Positions 1 through 10,127 of a stretch of 37,539 nucleotides of DNA are shown piece after piece. The stretch spans positions 1-37,539 of the IMG/VR virus record IMGVR_UViG_3300016476_001028, one strand, 5' to 3'. Origin of the DNA: a virus. Taxonomy: Duplodnaviria; Caudoviricetes. The position numbers and the translations under genes were made by a program. The notes under the pieces were generated by a model. That model had not been told where the DNA came from. It worked only from the letters and a program-made list of their open reading frames with translations, and ran no database searches. Position 1 is the first letter of the stretch. Each line of letters starts with the position of its first letter.

Positions 1-291
1 TCGAAAGCCGAAGAAATCAAAATGATTCAAAATAAAATGATGGGTACTGAGGCACGACTGAGCCAACGAGGCGTCATTAACCCGCACGATCAAGAGCCCG
101 TCCTCGAATCGACCGGCGGCGACCCTCTTCGTTGGAATGTGCCAAACGCGATAAAGGCCATGAACTACGTGCAGACGAGGGCAAGGCGCGGCGTGTACGC
201 GCACGCGGCTTCGTTTGCGCAGCCTGACGGCAAAAAGGTGACAAATCAAACCATGCCACAAGGCGCTGTGCGCGCTGGGGGCGGTAGGTGA
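1..291 (+). CDS. 3' part (96 aa) of the putative ejection protein that starts at 36154
   Basis: Frame 1 is open from base 1 (SKAEEIKMIQNK...) to TGA 289-291, the same frame as the stop-less ORF 36154..37539. The stop overlaps the next GTG start. Confidence 0.75.
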   Translation, partial: SKAEEIKMIQNKMMGTEARLSQRGVINPHDQEPVLESTGGDPLRWNVPNAIKAMNYVQTRARRGVYAHAASFAQPDGKKVTNQTMPQGAVRAGGGR

Positions 292-3200
292 GCGAAGCGC
301 GCATTCGCGCATATGACCCGCAAGGGAGGCCCGCACTAGTCGACGCGCGGGAGTTCGAGCAATTGCGCTCGGAGGGCTGGACGGAATACGGCGCCACGCA
401 ACCTCCCTCCGGCGGAGCTGCCGACGCACAAGCCGAGCCCGCCGCGCCGAAGATGGTACTGTCAGTTGACAGCAAAGGCGAGCGGTGGTTCGTCCCCGAA
501 GACCAAGTAAAACATCTCAAGGCGTTTGGCGCCCGAGTTGCTACGCCGGAAGATCAAGCGGAGTACGCGCTAGAACAGGAAGGCGAGACGCCGTTGACCG
601 GCGGCGTCACTGCTCTAACAGGCGCGCTTTTGGGAGGCGGCACAGCTCACCTAGGCTTGCCTTTTCTATCGTGGCTCGCTGGCGACAGCCCAGAAGAGCG
701 GGAGGCGCTGAAGCAGAGGCTAGAACTCTACAAGACCGCCTATCCGACGATTAACACCATTGGCGAGCTTGCCGGCATTGCTGGCAGTTTAGCACTCACC
801 GGGGGGCTTGCTGCGGAAGCGCAAGTAGGCGCCCGTGCAGGGGTAGCAGGCGCGGAGGCCGCTACGCTTGGCGCTCGTGCGCTCGGAGCGGCGCGCTATG
901 CAGTCCCAGCGGCAGGCATTGCAAGACTTGGCGAAGCCGGGGCGGTTGGCGGGCGTTTGGCGGCGGAGGCGCTTGGGGCGACCTCGCGCACGGTACTCGG
1001 CCGGGCCGCCATCAAAGCCGCGGAGATGGGCGCACAAGGCGCCGTCGAGGGCGCACTGTATGCCGGGGGCGAGGCGACGGGCGACGCCCTTCTAAGTGAC
1101 GAATCCATCAAGGAATCCGGCGAAAAGATTCTGACCGCCATGGGCACGGGAGCGCTCTTCGGGCTTGGCACTGGCGCCTTGCTCGGCGGTTCTGGCTCTC
1201 TTGTTGCCAGTGGGGCGACGGCAACAGCTCGCGGGGCGCAACGTTTTGCACAGCAAACGGTAAAAGGCGCTCAAGGATTGGCGAGAAAATCCGAAAGCGG
1301 CATAGCAAAACTTAGGACGTTATCTCCATTTGGTAACGCTGCTACGGCGGAGACAGCCGCGACGCGTGAAGCAGGCGCCGCAGTCGGCGCGGAAGCTAAT
1401 TTGTTGGCCGCCAAAACAGAAGCAGCCATCCAAGGGGCTGCGGAGCAATCCGGCGCCGCTCAGACTGCGGAACAGGGGTTTGATTACAGGCAAGCATTCA
1501 GTGACTTCGGTGAAAAGATATCTACAGAGACAAAACAATTCGTCTCTGAATTGAAAGATGCGCTTGCGGCCAAAGTAGAACAGGCAAAGACGCTAGCTGG
1601 GCAAAAAGCTGCGGCGGCGGAATTCGCATACAATCAAGCGTTCCGAGGGTTCGGGCTGCAATCAACAAACGTGCAAAAAGATTTGCACATGAACAATATC
1701 ACCCCGCAAGAGATGGGTGAATTTATTCTTCGCGAAAAGATTATTGACCCGACGGCCACCGCTAAAGAAGCGCTTCGCGACGCATCAATCCCAATCATGG
1801 CGGAGCGTACGGCGGCTGCGCTAGAGCGGGCGTTCGCGCGGCTTACGTCAATCGCAAATCAAGTAGATACGGAGATATCATACCGTCAGATTCGCTCGGC
1901 GTTTCAAAGGGCGCGATCGCAATACACGACAGAAGCCGCAATCTCAGGTGCGAACACGGCTCGCGCCACCAAGGTTGGAACGGAGGCGCAAAGAAGGGCC
2001 ATCGATAGGCTTGAGCGAGAACTGTTAGAGCTGACCGGGCTGACGCAAGGCGGCGTTCGCGCAAAGAAGAACGCCCCGACGGGGATTAGCTTTGCGCAAT
2101 TGTTAGAACAGCGAAAAGCGCTTGACGCAAAGATCTGGGCGAACAAGGGGTCTTCGGCCCGAGACACCGAGCAAAAACTCGCACTCAAAGCTGTTCGCGC
2201 CGAACTAGAAAAGATTGAAACCAACGCCATAGCCGCCGCTACAGCCGAAAGCGGGGCCCCAAAAGCCGTCAGTGAAGCCGCCAACCAATACAAGAACGCA
2301 AAGCGCCAATATCAGCTTGGCAAAATTTTGGAAGAGCAACTCGACGAAGCGGCCGCGAGACAGAACAAGGGGGCGGTGTTTGGACTCAGTGACACCATTC
2401 GTTCGAGCGGCGCGGCTTCGGTAGGGGCTTCCGTTGGCGCTCTCGCATTGGGTCCTGTAGGCGCAGCGGCTGGCGGGTTCGCGGCTGGCGTGGGTGGCGC
2501 CATCGTTTCAAAGATTGCGCGGGAACGTGGCAACGCGGCCGCCGCTGTCATGTTGTTACGAATGGCAGAAACTGGACAAGCAACCCGCATTGTCCAAGCC
2601 GTGGACGATCTCACGCGCAAAGCGGCGTCGGGGATTCTGACGCCCAGGGGCCTGCTTGGTGCGATTGGCGATACTGAGGCGTACAAAGGCGCCCGCAAAG
2701 CAGCCGAAACAACAGCAAAAACGGCAAGGCAAACAGGCCGCACGGTCACCAGCACCGCACGAGCTGCAAGAATCACGGGGACCGAGTTCGGCGGCGGAAT
2801 GCTTTCCGAGAAAGCAAGGGAAGGCGAAACCGCCGCACAACGCGCAGACCGTTTCGAACGCGTGATCCGGGAATATCAAGCGCGTCCCGACCTCGTCGAC
2901 AAACGCATCTCACAATCCGTCGAGGCGCTGCGCATGACCTCGCCAAGGCTTGCGGCAAACGTCGAGCAAAACATGAAAACGGCGCTGTCGTTTCTTGCTT
3001 CCAAACTTCCGGAGCGGATGCAAACAGACCCGTTCGACCCAACTAAGCGAACAGCGCTAAGCGCAGCCGAGGCCGAGAAGTTCAATCGCTATGTCGCCTA
3101 TGTATCGAATCCGAGCAACGTGCTCGATGAGATGGTTCGCGGCAAGGTAACGCCAGAGGGCGCGGAGACATTGCGCGCCATCGCCCCGAAGGTTTTTTTC

Positions 3201-3500
3201 AGTTTGCAAGTCGCAACGCTTGAGGCGATAAATGACCAACTGGCCTCAAATAAGCCTATCCCTTATGACAATCGTCTAAAGCTAGGATTGATCTTCGATA
3301 TTCCTACGGATGCCAGTTTGCGTCCTAATGTAATGAGCTTTTTGCAGGCGAACACTGCGGAGGCCGTAGCAACCAAAGACGCGGAACAACAGGCGATGGG
3401 ACCAGGCCCAATGAATAAAGCGCCGGCGCGCCCGATCATGACTCCGCCACAAATGAGCCGAATGGATCGCATTTCACAATCCGGACCAGGACGTAAATAA
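288..3500 (+). CDS. Large internal virion / DNA ejection protein (1070 aa)
   Basis: Ala/Gly-rich and helical with hydrophobic GxxxG-rich stretches. Third of three such genes after nozzle and GNAT, the position of ejection proteins in P22/T7-type podophages. Confidence 0.65.
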   Translation: MSEARIRAYDPQGRPALVDAREFEQLRSEGWTEYGATQPPSGGAADAQAEPAAPKMVLSVDSKGERWFVPEDQVKHLKAFGARVATPEDQAEYALEQEGETPLTGGVTALTGALLGGGTAHLGLPFLSWLAGDSPEEREALKQRLELYKTAYPTINTIGELAGIAGSLALTGGLAAEAQVGARAGVAGAEAATLGARALGAARYAVPAAGIARLGEAGAVGGRLAAEALGATSRTVLGRAAIKAAEMGAQGAVEGALYAGGEATGDALLSDESIKESGEKILTAMGTGALFGLGTGALLGGSGSLVASGATATARGAQRFAQQTVKGAQGLARKSESGIAKLRTLSPFGNAATAETAATREAGAAVGAEANLLAAKTEAAIQGAAEQSGAAQTAEQGFDYRQAFSDFGEKISTETKQFVSELKDALAAKVEQAKTLAGQKAAAAEFAYNQAFRGFGLQSTNVQKDLHMNNITPQEMGEFILREKIIDPTATAKEALRDASIPIMAERTAAALERAFARLTSIANQVDTEISYRQIRSAFQRARSQYTTEAAISGANTARATKVGTEAQRRAIDRLERELLELTGLTQGGVRAKKNAPTGISFAQLLEQRKALDAKIWANKGSSARDTEQKLALKAVRAELEKIETNAIAAATAESGAPKAVSEAANQYKNAKRQYQLGKILEEQLDEAAARQNKGAVFGLSDTIRSSGAASVGASVGALALGPVGAAAGGFAAGVGGAIVSKIARERGNAAAAVMLLRMAETGQATRIVQAVDDLTRKAASGILTPRGLLGAIGDTEAYKGARKAAETTAKTARQTGRTVTSTARAARITGTEFGGGMLSEKAREGETAAQRADRFERVIREYQARPDLVDKRISQSVEALRMTSPRLAANVEQNMKTALSFLASKLPERMQTDPFDPTKRTALSAAEAEKFNRYVAYVSNPSNVLDEMVRGKVTPEGAETLRAIAPKVFFSLQVATLEAINDQLASNKPIPYDNRLKLGLIFDIPTDASLRPNVMSFLQANTAEAVATKDAEQQAMGPGPMNKAPARPIMTPPQMSRMDRISQSGPGRK

Positions 3501-5266
3501 TGCCGACACCCTCACACTCGATCATTTTCTGGGCGCCTCCCGTCAACGCCTCGACCCTTGTGAACGTTGGCGACGTCTTGATCCCGTCGGCGTCCGGCGG
3601 GTGGCAGGTAGCGACATCGGCCGCGCGTGGCAACCGACGCGCCGAGGGCGTCGCTATCAGCACCACGAACGGGAGCGGCTTAGGCTCTGTCGAGATTCAG
3701 CAAGCGGGATCGCTTGACGCAACGATCACCGGGTTGGGCGCCGGTCCTGTTTCGCTCGTCCGGACGTCAGCCGCTGGCCGAATGGAGCGCGTTAGCTCGT
3801 ATACGGTCGGCGACGACGTGATTGGTTTGGCCGAGGAGTCGGGGCGAGTGCATTTGTTGATTGGCCTTCCTTGGCAACAACTCGTAGATGCATCCGTTGG
3901 AGAGACAAACACAGCTAGCAACGTAGGCACGACGGGCACCGGTACGGCTGGGGTGTTCAAGCAAAAGACGGGCGTCAATCTGGAAATGCGCCGCGTTGTC
4001 GCTGGCGCAAATGTGACCGTCACCGAGGGAGCGAGCGACATCACAATTGCTGCATCCGCCAGCGGAGAGGCAAATACCGCTAGCAACGTCGGAACAACCG
4101 GAGCGGGCACCGCCGGGGTGTTCAAGCAAAAGACGGGCGTCAATCTGGAGATGCGGCGCCTTGTTGCGGGTAGCAACGTCACTTTGACGGAGGGCGCGAG
4201 CGATATCACGATCGCCGCGAGCAGTGGCGGGTCTGGCTTTACCGCAGGCGGTGACCTGTCCGGCACTAGTACAAATCAAACCGTTGTCGGGGTCCGCGCA
4301 ACGACTGTAGGCACCGCAGGCGGGGCGCATGTGACCGGCGCGGTGTTGCGCACCACGGGAACGACGTCTTGCGATTGGGGAGCCGTTGACCTTTCGAGCT
4401 CTAATGCGCGCACAGGGACGCTGCCCGTTGCAAACGGAGGCACGGGGCAAACTGCTGTGCCTGGCTCAGACACGAGCATTCTAGTGAACAATGCTGGCGC
4501 ATATGGCGCAGGGTCATGGTCCATCAGTGGCAACGGCCTGAGCAATGCAAACCCCGCAGCTGCGATCAGCGTTGGGAATACCCCCGCTCAAAGTGGAGCC
4601 ATTCGCCTCCCGTACAATAGCCCAGGCCTTAGGGCCAGGCATTCTTCAGGGGCGCGCGACGTTACGTTGATTGAAGGTTACGGATCGACGATCAATATTG
4701 GAAGTTCAGATATCGTCAATAACGTTCCTACGGGAATGGGGGCCATCTTATCGCGCGCTGAAAATTCGATCTTGTTTGGCGCTCCATCGTACACATTTTA
4801 TAATGGGATGAATTTGAGCGCGCCGGTGCTCAATATAGAGTCAACCTTCGCAAGAAGTGCAATTCCATTTGTAGGGCATGCAGGAGCAAGCTCACCATAC
4901 GGTGTGCATGGCGTGGTTAATGTGAACCCTGGGACGGTCGCAACGCACACGCTGCAATCTACAGAATATTCATATCAGGTTTTGATTATTAATGTTTATG
5001 GGATTGGAGGTAGCACAACGGTTGTGTTCCCAAACCCATCGAATCAACTCGGGGCATACACAAAGGACATTATTCTGCGCCCGTACAACGTAGACGCGAC
5101 GCAAACCATCGTGCTGTCGTGCGGGAGCGGCACCAAAACAGTGTCCTTGTCGCAAAACGGGTTTGTTCGCGCCAGGTGTCTTTTCCAACCTAACGAAGCA
5201 ATCGCCCTCTCCTGCGTTAGCGCGTCAAACGCGTTGACGATGGGCAACGCATACTACCAGACATAA
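3500..5266 (+). CDS. Virion fibre protein (588 aa), possibly capsid-anchored
   Basis: Gly/Thr/Ser-rich; fibre motifs AGGDLSGT and GTLPVANGGTG; 55-aa internal duplication; distinct beta-rich C-terminal tip; N-terminus resembles DUF2190/capsid-cement type domains. Confidence 0.7.
   Translation: MPTPSHSIIFWAPPVNASTLVNVGDVLIPSASGGWQVATSAARGNRRAEGVAISTTNGSGLGSVEIQQAGSLDATITGLGAGPVSLVRTSAAGRMERVSSYTVGDDVIGLAEESGRVHLLIGLPWQQLVDASVGETNTASNVGTTGTGTAGVFKQKTGVNLEMRRVVAGANVTVTEGASDITIAASASGEANTASNVGTTGAGTAGVFKQKTGVNLEMRRLVAGSNVTLTEGASDITIAASSGGSGFTAGGDLSGTSTNQTVVGVRATTVGTAGGAHVTGAVLRTTGTTSCDWGAVDLSSSNARTGTLPVANGGTGQTAVPGSDTSILVNNAGAYGAGSWSISGNGLSNANPAAAISVGNTPAQSGAIRLPYNSPGLRARHSSGARDVTLIEGYGSTINIGSSDIVNNVPTGMGAILSRAENSILFGAPSYTFYNGMNLSAPVLNIESTFARSAIPFVGHAGASSPYGVHGVVNVNPGTVATHTLQSTEYSYQVLIINVYGIGGSTTVVFPNPSNQLGAYTKDIILRPYNVDATQTIVLSCGSGTKTVSLSQNGFVRARCLFQPNEAIALSCVSASNALTMGNAYYQT
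3899..4228 (+). repeat. 165-bp tandem duplication (2 x 55 aa) in the fibre gene
   Basis: GE(T/A)NTASNVGTTG(T/A)GTAGVFKQKTGVNLEMRR(V/L)VAG...EGASDITIAAS starts at 3899 and again at 4064. Confidence 0.95.
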
Positions 5267-5278
5267 GGATCAGCCTAC

Positions 5279-5533
5279 ATGAACAATACAAGCCTCAACG
5301 GAAGCGGATCTCACGACTATGTGCACGAAGAGACCGCTTCGTTTGTTTCTCTGAAGACCGATGTTGCACAGTTGAAAGACGACGTTGCAGAGCTGAAGAC
5401 GCAGCAAGTGGAGCAGCTCGCCATTTTGACGCGAATTGACAAGCTTACGACAAACCCCGTGGTGAGAACCATCATGACGGCCCTTGGTGCAGGCTTGGTG
5501 TCGTGGCTTGCTAGCAAAGGTTGGGTGAAGTGA
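5279..5533 (+). CDS. Small coiled-coil membrane protein, putative holin-like (84 aa)
   Basis: Heptad LKTDVAQLKDDVAELK followed by a C-terminal hydrophobic helix (IMTALGAGLVSWLA). AAGGA upstream. Confidence 0.45.
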   Translation: MNNTSLNGSGSHDYVHEETASFVSLKTDVAQLKDDVAELKTQQVEQLAILTRIDKLTTNPVVRTIMTALGAGLVSWLASKGWVK

Positions 5534-5826
5534 TGGCGCTAAAAAAGTCGATCGAGACGCAATATGGGGCAAACGCGGAATATTGGAAGATAAGCCGCAT
5601 CACCACCGCGTTTGGTGCCGTCACTGAGGTAGTCCTCAACGGCTACACAAGCCAGACCGCGCGCGAGGAGGACAAAAGCCCAATCGCTGCGGAATTGTTC
5701 TCGTTTCTTCCGCCGACGCTTGCCACAGACGACGAGCACACGCGGCCCGTCGTCTACAACTTGATCAAGGCGCTCCCTACGTTACGTGGGGAGCCGAACC
5801 CCTTTCTGACAGCAGAGGATTGTTAG
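5533..5826 (+). CDS. Hypothetical protein, possible fibre-associated chaperone (97 aa)
   Basis: ATG 5533 overlaps the previous TGA (TGATG). The MALKKSIET.YG...YW.I start and F..AEDC end resemble small proteins found beside fibre genes (recalled, not searched). Confidence 0.5.
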   Translation: MALKKSIETQYGANAEYWKISRITTAFGAVTEVVLNGYTSQTAREEDKSPIAAELFSFLPPTLATDDEHTRPVVYNLIKALPTLRGEPNPFLTAEDC

Positions 5827-5828
5827 CC

Positions 5829-6014
5829 ATGCGGGCACTTGTCCTTTTGCTAGCGGCGTCGTGTTTGCCTAAGCCAAGCCCCTCCACGGCCGCGGAAACA
5901 GCCTACGGTGCGCAGCTCCTCGCGTGTGTGGACCAGGCCGCAACACTCGCGGAGTCGAAGCAATGCCGCGCCAAAGTGAATGCTGCATGGGGCATTGATG
6001 GGGGTGCAAAGTGA
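5829..6014 (+). CDS. Small lipoprotein, candidate spanin component (61 aa)
   Basis: MRALVLLLAAS-C signal with lipobox-like cysteine, Pro-rich linker and two further cysteines. GAGGA upstream. Confidence 0.55.
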   Translation: MRALVLLLAASCLPKPSPSTAAETAYGAQLLACVDQAATLAESKQCRAKVNAAWGIDGGAK

Positions 6015-6172
6015 ACCCGTCGGAAGTCTTCGCGGTTGTAGCTTGGCTTGTCGAAAGGCTGCTCGACCTTGTGGGTTACGAGGCGGCGGCGGCGTTGCTA
6101 AGCGAGGCCGCAATCCGTCGCCAAAACGCAATCGCTGACACTGCGGAAACGGCGAAGTTTGGCGGATCATGA
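6011..6172 (+). CDS. 53-aa amphipathic/hydrophobic protein (absent from the ORF track)
   Basis: GTG 6011 overlaps the upstream TGA, and its TGA overlaps ATG 6169. MNPSEVFAVVAWLVERLLDLVGYEAAAALLSEAAIRRQNAIADTAETAKFGGS. Confidence 0.7.
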   Translation: MNPSEVFAVVAWLVERLLDLVGYEAAAALLSEAAIRRQNAIADTAETAKFGGS

Positions 6173-6705
6173 CCGTTGAGATCGTGCCTGAGCCAACGCC
6201 TGGCACATTGGCGACAGGCTCGAGCGCTTCCGACGCCGATTACCCGGTTGCGCAGAGTCTGCTTTCTTTGCTTAGCGAAGAAGCAACGGCATCTCTGCTC
6301 GCAGTGTCGACCATAGGAGCGGCCACGGCATCACGGATCAATTCAACGCTTGCTTTGATCGAAAGCTTCGCGGCACTCAAAGCTTACAGGTTAGACGCAA
6401 GCGCAATTGATGGCCTTGCCCATGGAGCAACGAGCACGGTTCTTTCCGCGAATGCGTCGAGCGTGTCCAATCGTGTGACGTTGGTCCTATGGCTTGGAAC
6501 GGTCACCCCGTCAGCACCAACACCGTTTATAAGAATCACCAACCTGAACACGTTCTTTGACTTGCCAGTGCCTAGCGGCGCGCACGTGAAAAAGCTAGAG
6601 TTTAGGGACCTGCCGCAGTCCTTCGCAAACGGTTTCTATGTTCAAAACTGGCTCGGTGTTTCTCTTGCGACGTCTGCAAATGCGATCGTAGCTGTTGCAA
6701 CGTAG
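6169..6705 (+). CDS. Hypothetical virion-associated protein (178 aa)
   Basis: Translationally coupled; beta-rich C-terminal half; first gene of the adhesin-like block. Confidence 0.6.
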   Translation: MTVEIVPEPTPGTLATGSSASDADYPVAQSLLSLLSEEATASLLAVSTIGAATASRINSTLALIESFAALKAYRLDASAIDGLAHGATSTVLSANASSVSNRVTLVLWLGTVTPSAPTPFIRITNLNTFFDLPVPSGAHVKKLEFRDLPQSFANGFYVQNWLGVSLATSANAIVAVAT

Positions 6706-6718
6706 CCCAGGGGCATAA

Positions 6719-9700
6719 ATGTCAAATATCTCGGTAACTACTAGCCGCAATCTAGACGATCCGGTGCCCGTTGCCGTGGCTGGGGCGATTACCAGTACCG
6801 TTGGCGCAACTACCGTGACCGGTGTCGGGACATCGTTTAGCGCGGCGAACACCCCGCCAGGCGCCCCGCTCTATGCCGGCTCTGTATTTCTGGGAACGAT
6901 TTCAACGGTGACCAACGCAACAACGCTTGTTCTTGCGGCAGGCGCTGCGGCGTCTGTTTCGGGCGCGACAAATGGCCAGGTCTTTTCGAACCTTGCTTTG
7001 CTGAATCAAGAAATCGTAACCATCTCAAACGGCGCTACGCTCACGGTCAACAGCGACAACTTCTACTCTCAGCAGGCCGCATACCCTTATTACTATTCGG
7101 TCAGCGAAGGCACACTTAACTTTGACGGGTCTACTGTATGGTGGGTTCCGTTTGATGCGTCTACCGGGAACGTGCCAGACCTGGGAACGCGGGGCACGAG
7201 CGACGTGACTGTCAGCGGCGCAAACGTAGGCGAGTTCCTTGGCGTTTATACAGCTCTCGGGACCGTGCGGCTCTCTCCAGGCACTGCAATGCCGGCGAGT
7301 GGGTTCGTAAAGCTACGGCAAAAGACGGGAACGATCAATGACAACGACGTTTTGACTTTCTTGGGCGGAGCCACCGCGACGGTAAACTCTTCCACCGGCG
7401 GCCAACGCGGTTGGCTCGAATTTCATATTGCGTCAAACGGAAACTTCCAAAATCTAAATGGGATTACTGCGTCATCTCAAGGCGCCGTAAACTTCAACGG
7501 CGATTGGTTCGAACTTGGCACGGGCACGGGAACCGCTGGCATGACCATCCAGCATTATGCGGCCGACTATTGCCCTGCGATTCAGGTCGAAACTGCGTCG
7601 GGTAGCGGGGTTTTTGAATGGTGGTGCGCTGTGAACGCAACCACAAACATGGACACGGGGCACCGCATTTTCACATGTGGCACAACCGGATCGATCACAT
7701 TCGGAGGCACCACTTGGGGAAAGATTCCGCCTCTTGGAGCTAGGATCCGAGTCCCAAACATTTGCATCCGAAGTGCATATAGCAACGCCTCGCAATTGAC
7801 CACCGCCGTGGCGCATAGGGACAGGCCACACTTTGCCGGCAGCGGACAATTCACGCTAAATAAAACCGTGTTCGCCGGGCATGCTGGGCGACCCAACTAT
7901 AACGCCACATCTGCGGCATACATAGACAGTGCAATCCTAGACGGCGTCAGTAACGCAGAAACCGGGAACGCCACATTGACTGAGCAACTGACCTTGTCAA
8001 ATTGCGGGGTGGGAGTGTACGCAACCGCAAATTATGCCGTGTTTGTGCGCGAGGCAAGCAGCGTCAACATTTCTAATTGCACTTTTTACAGGGGCACCAC
8101 GTCCGGGGCCATTTACATCTCTAACAGCAAAAACGTTGCGTTATCTAACATTCTTGGCGTGAATCAGATGGCAACAAACGTTGTGAATTTACTTTATTCC
8201 TCTTCGATTAGCGCCACGAATTTGTCACTAATGCAGTCGAGCAATCAGGGCAACGTGCTTGCTCTGACTTCGTGCTCAGACTTTTTGTTTTCTGGAACGA
8301 AAATATCGTGCAAAACAGCGTCGGCAAACACGAGTCAGCCATATAGTGCGATGACTCTTACGGGGTGCTCGGACGGCGTATTCATCGGGATAGATTACGT
8401 CGCGGGCTATCCGTATTGGCCATTGTATGACTTTTGCATCATGAGCAACAACTGTACTCGGGTGCACTTCAGGGACATCGGCACGCAGGCCGCCCCGTTT
8501 GTGGCGCAGGGGACGGGCGCTCCGCGTGCGCTGATTTTACAGTCCGGCATATCTGACGTGCATCTGTCAAAGGTCTACTGCGTGCCCGGCAGTGGATACC
8601 CGTACGCCATCCCGCAAGGCTCAGGGACCGATTTATATGTTTCTGAGAGCGGCAACCCTACGGCGTACACGGCACAACCTTGGTACTATGGGACGTACTG
8701 CTCCGGCGTTGGGCAAAGAATCATCGGCCAAGCCGGCCAGCCTCCGCAGGCGGGTCAATTCCGATTGCCGATGTTTGCGGATGTTCTCACTTCTGCCACG
8801 TCGTTGAGCCTTTACATCAACACGGGTACCGCAAAAAGAAGCGACTCCGTGCTCGAGGCGTCTTCGTACAGCGAAGATGTAGGCGGTCCATTTAGCCGCA
8901 ACGGTGGGTTGATTATGCCCGTTTCTGGCAGCCAAATCACATGGACATGGAGCTACCCAATTCTCGGGCTGACTTCATTCGCCAATACAGCTCCAGTCAT
9001 TAGCGGCACAAACACGGCAAACTTCACGTTGACATATGATCTAGACAAGGGGGCCGGGTTTTCGGGTTCTTTCAAGGCACTCACCGCGGCAAACTTGTCT
9101 AGTGAAACTGGCATTTCTCCGACGGGCGTGAGGCTGAAGGTCCGTGCCGTGGTGAACACTGCAAACGCAACCAACGCGCTGACAAGGATCCAGATATACG
9201 GCGTGACAAGCGCGGCCGATTGCGCCGCAAACCCGTACCCATACAATAACCCGCCCGTCTCTGTCGTGGGTGGGCTTGCTGGGTCGGTATATTCGATCTT
9301 TCGGGTCTCGGATGGAAAGCGGTTAGACACTCGGACAGGTAGCGGCTCGGTCACGCTCTTGCCGGATTGGTACGCAAACGCAAGCGTGGTGCTCAGGGTA
9401 AGAAAGCCAGGGTATGACGCAATTGAATCAGCGTTTACCCTCACCGAAAGGCCCGCTTCGATCCCAGTGTCGCAGATTGACAATGCTATCCCTGACACGA
9501 ATCCAGGCGCCAAAGCAATCACGGTCACAAACCACGGTTCTTCGCCGGTGACGTGGAATGGAAAACAATGGTCGATGACGATCACTGTCACCGATGGTTC
9601 TACGGCTGCGACGATCGCGAACTTCTTGTCATGGCAGACCGCGCAAGACGCATATAATTTAGTCCCCGGGTTTCACAACACGGCCTTCCCTCCGATGGTG

Positions 9701-10117
9701 GTTGCTGCTGGTGCCGGATACGAAACGTCGCGCGGTATTCTGTACGGCTCCGCCGGGGCGACGCTCAAGGGCGTTCGCGTGGTAGACGGCTCCGGGAACG
9801 AAGTGCCCGGGTTTGCGCGCATGCAAGCGGATGATGGCAGCTATTACGCCCCCGCCGCGTCGTATACTTTGACCGTGTCGAATATTGTCCCAGGAAGTAG
9901 AATCCTAGTCCGGCGCACCGACACATCGGCGGTGATCGCAAACGAGATCAACAATTCCGGCACTTTCTCGTATACGTACACGCACACATCCGACATTCCA
10001 ATCGAGATCGTCGTGCGCAAAGCATCCTCATCGCCATTCTATCAGGAATGGAAAACAACAACCACCCTAAGCAACAGCAACAATACGCAAACCGCTAACC
10101 AATTGACCGACACATAG
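6719..10117 (+). CDS. Large adhesin / tailspike-like structural protein with a probable parallel beta-helix (1132 aa)
   Basis: N-terminal VTGVGTSF fibre motif; central Asn/Ser/Cys-rich beta-helix-like repeats (VNISNCTF, ISNSKNVALSNI, LTSCSDFLFSG); C-terminal Ig-like segments. Confidence 0.65.
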   Translation: MSNISVTTSRNLDDPVPVAVAGAITSTVGATTVTGVGTSFSAANTPPGAPLYAGSVFLGTISTVTNATTLVLAAGAAASVSGATNGQVFSNLALLNQEIVTISNGATLTVNSDNFYSQQAAYPYYYSVSEGTLNFDGSTVWWVPFDASTGNVPDLGTRGTSDVTVSGANVGEFLGVYTALGTVRLSPGTAMPASGFVKLRQKTGTINDNDVLTFLGGATATVNSSTGGQRGWLEFHIASNGNFQNLNGITASSQGAVNFNGDWFELGTGTGTAGMTIQHYAADYCPAIQVETASGSGVFEWWCAVNATTNMDTGHRIFTCGTTGSITFGGTTWGKIPPLGARIRVPNICIRSAYSNASQLTTAVAHRDRPHFAGSGQFTLNKTVFAGHAGRPNYNATSAAYIDSAILDGVSNAETGNATLTEQLTLSNCGVGVYATANYAVFVREASSVNISNCTFYRGTTSGAIYISNSKNVALSNILGVNQMATNVVNLLYSSSISATNLSLMQSSNQGNVLALTSCSDFLFSGTKISCKTASANTSQPYSAMTLTGCSDGVFIGIDYVAGYPYWPLYDFCIMSNNCTRVHFRDIGTQAAPFVAQGTGAPRALILQSGISDVHLSKVYCVPGSGYPYAIPQGSGTDLYVSESGNPTAYTAQPWYYGTYCSGVGQRIIGQAGQPPQAGQFRLPMFADVLTSATSLSLYINTGTAKRSDSVLEASSYSEDVGGPFSRNGGLIMPVSGSQITWTWSYPILGLTSFANTAPVISGTNTANFTLTYDLDKGAGFSGSFKALTAANLSSETGISPTGVRLKVRAVVNTANATNALTRIQIYGVTSAADCAANPYPYNNPPVSVVGGLAGSVYSIFRVSDGKRLDTRTGSGSVTLLPDWYANASVVLRVRKPGYDAIESAFTLTERPASIPVSQIDNAIPDTNPGAKAITVTNHGSSPVTWNGKQWSMTITVTDGSTAATIANFLSWQTAQDAYNLVPGFHNTAFPPMVVAAGAGYETSRGILYGSAGATLKGVRVVDGSGNEVPGFARMQADDGSYYAPAASYTLTVSNIVPGSRILVRRTDTSAVIANEINNSGTFSYTYTHTSDIPIEIVVRKASSSPFYQEWKTTTTLSNSNNTQTANQLTDT

Positions 10118-10127
10118 GGGCGACGCG

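Noticed and set aside
288-3500. Tape measure protein of a long-tailed phage
   Set aside because: No tail tube, terminator, chaperone or baseplate genes seen. The adaptor-nozzle-GNAT-three helical genes order fits ejection proteins better.
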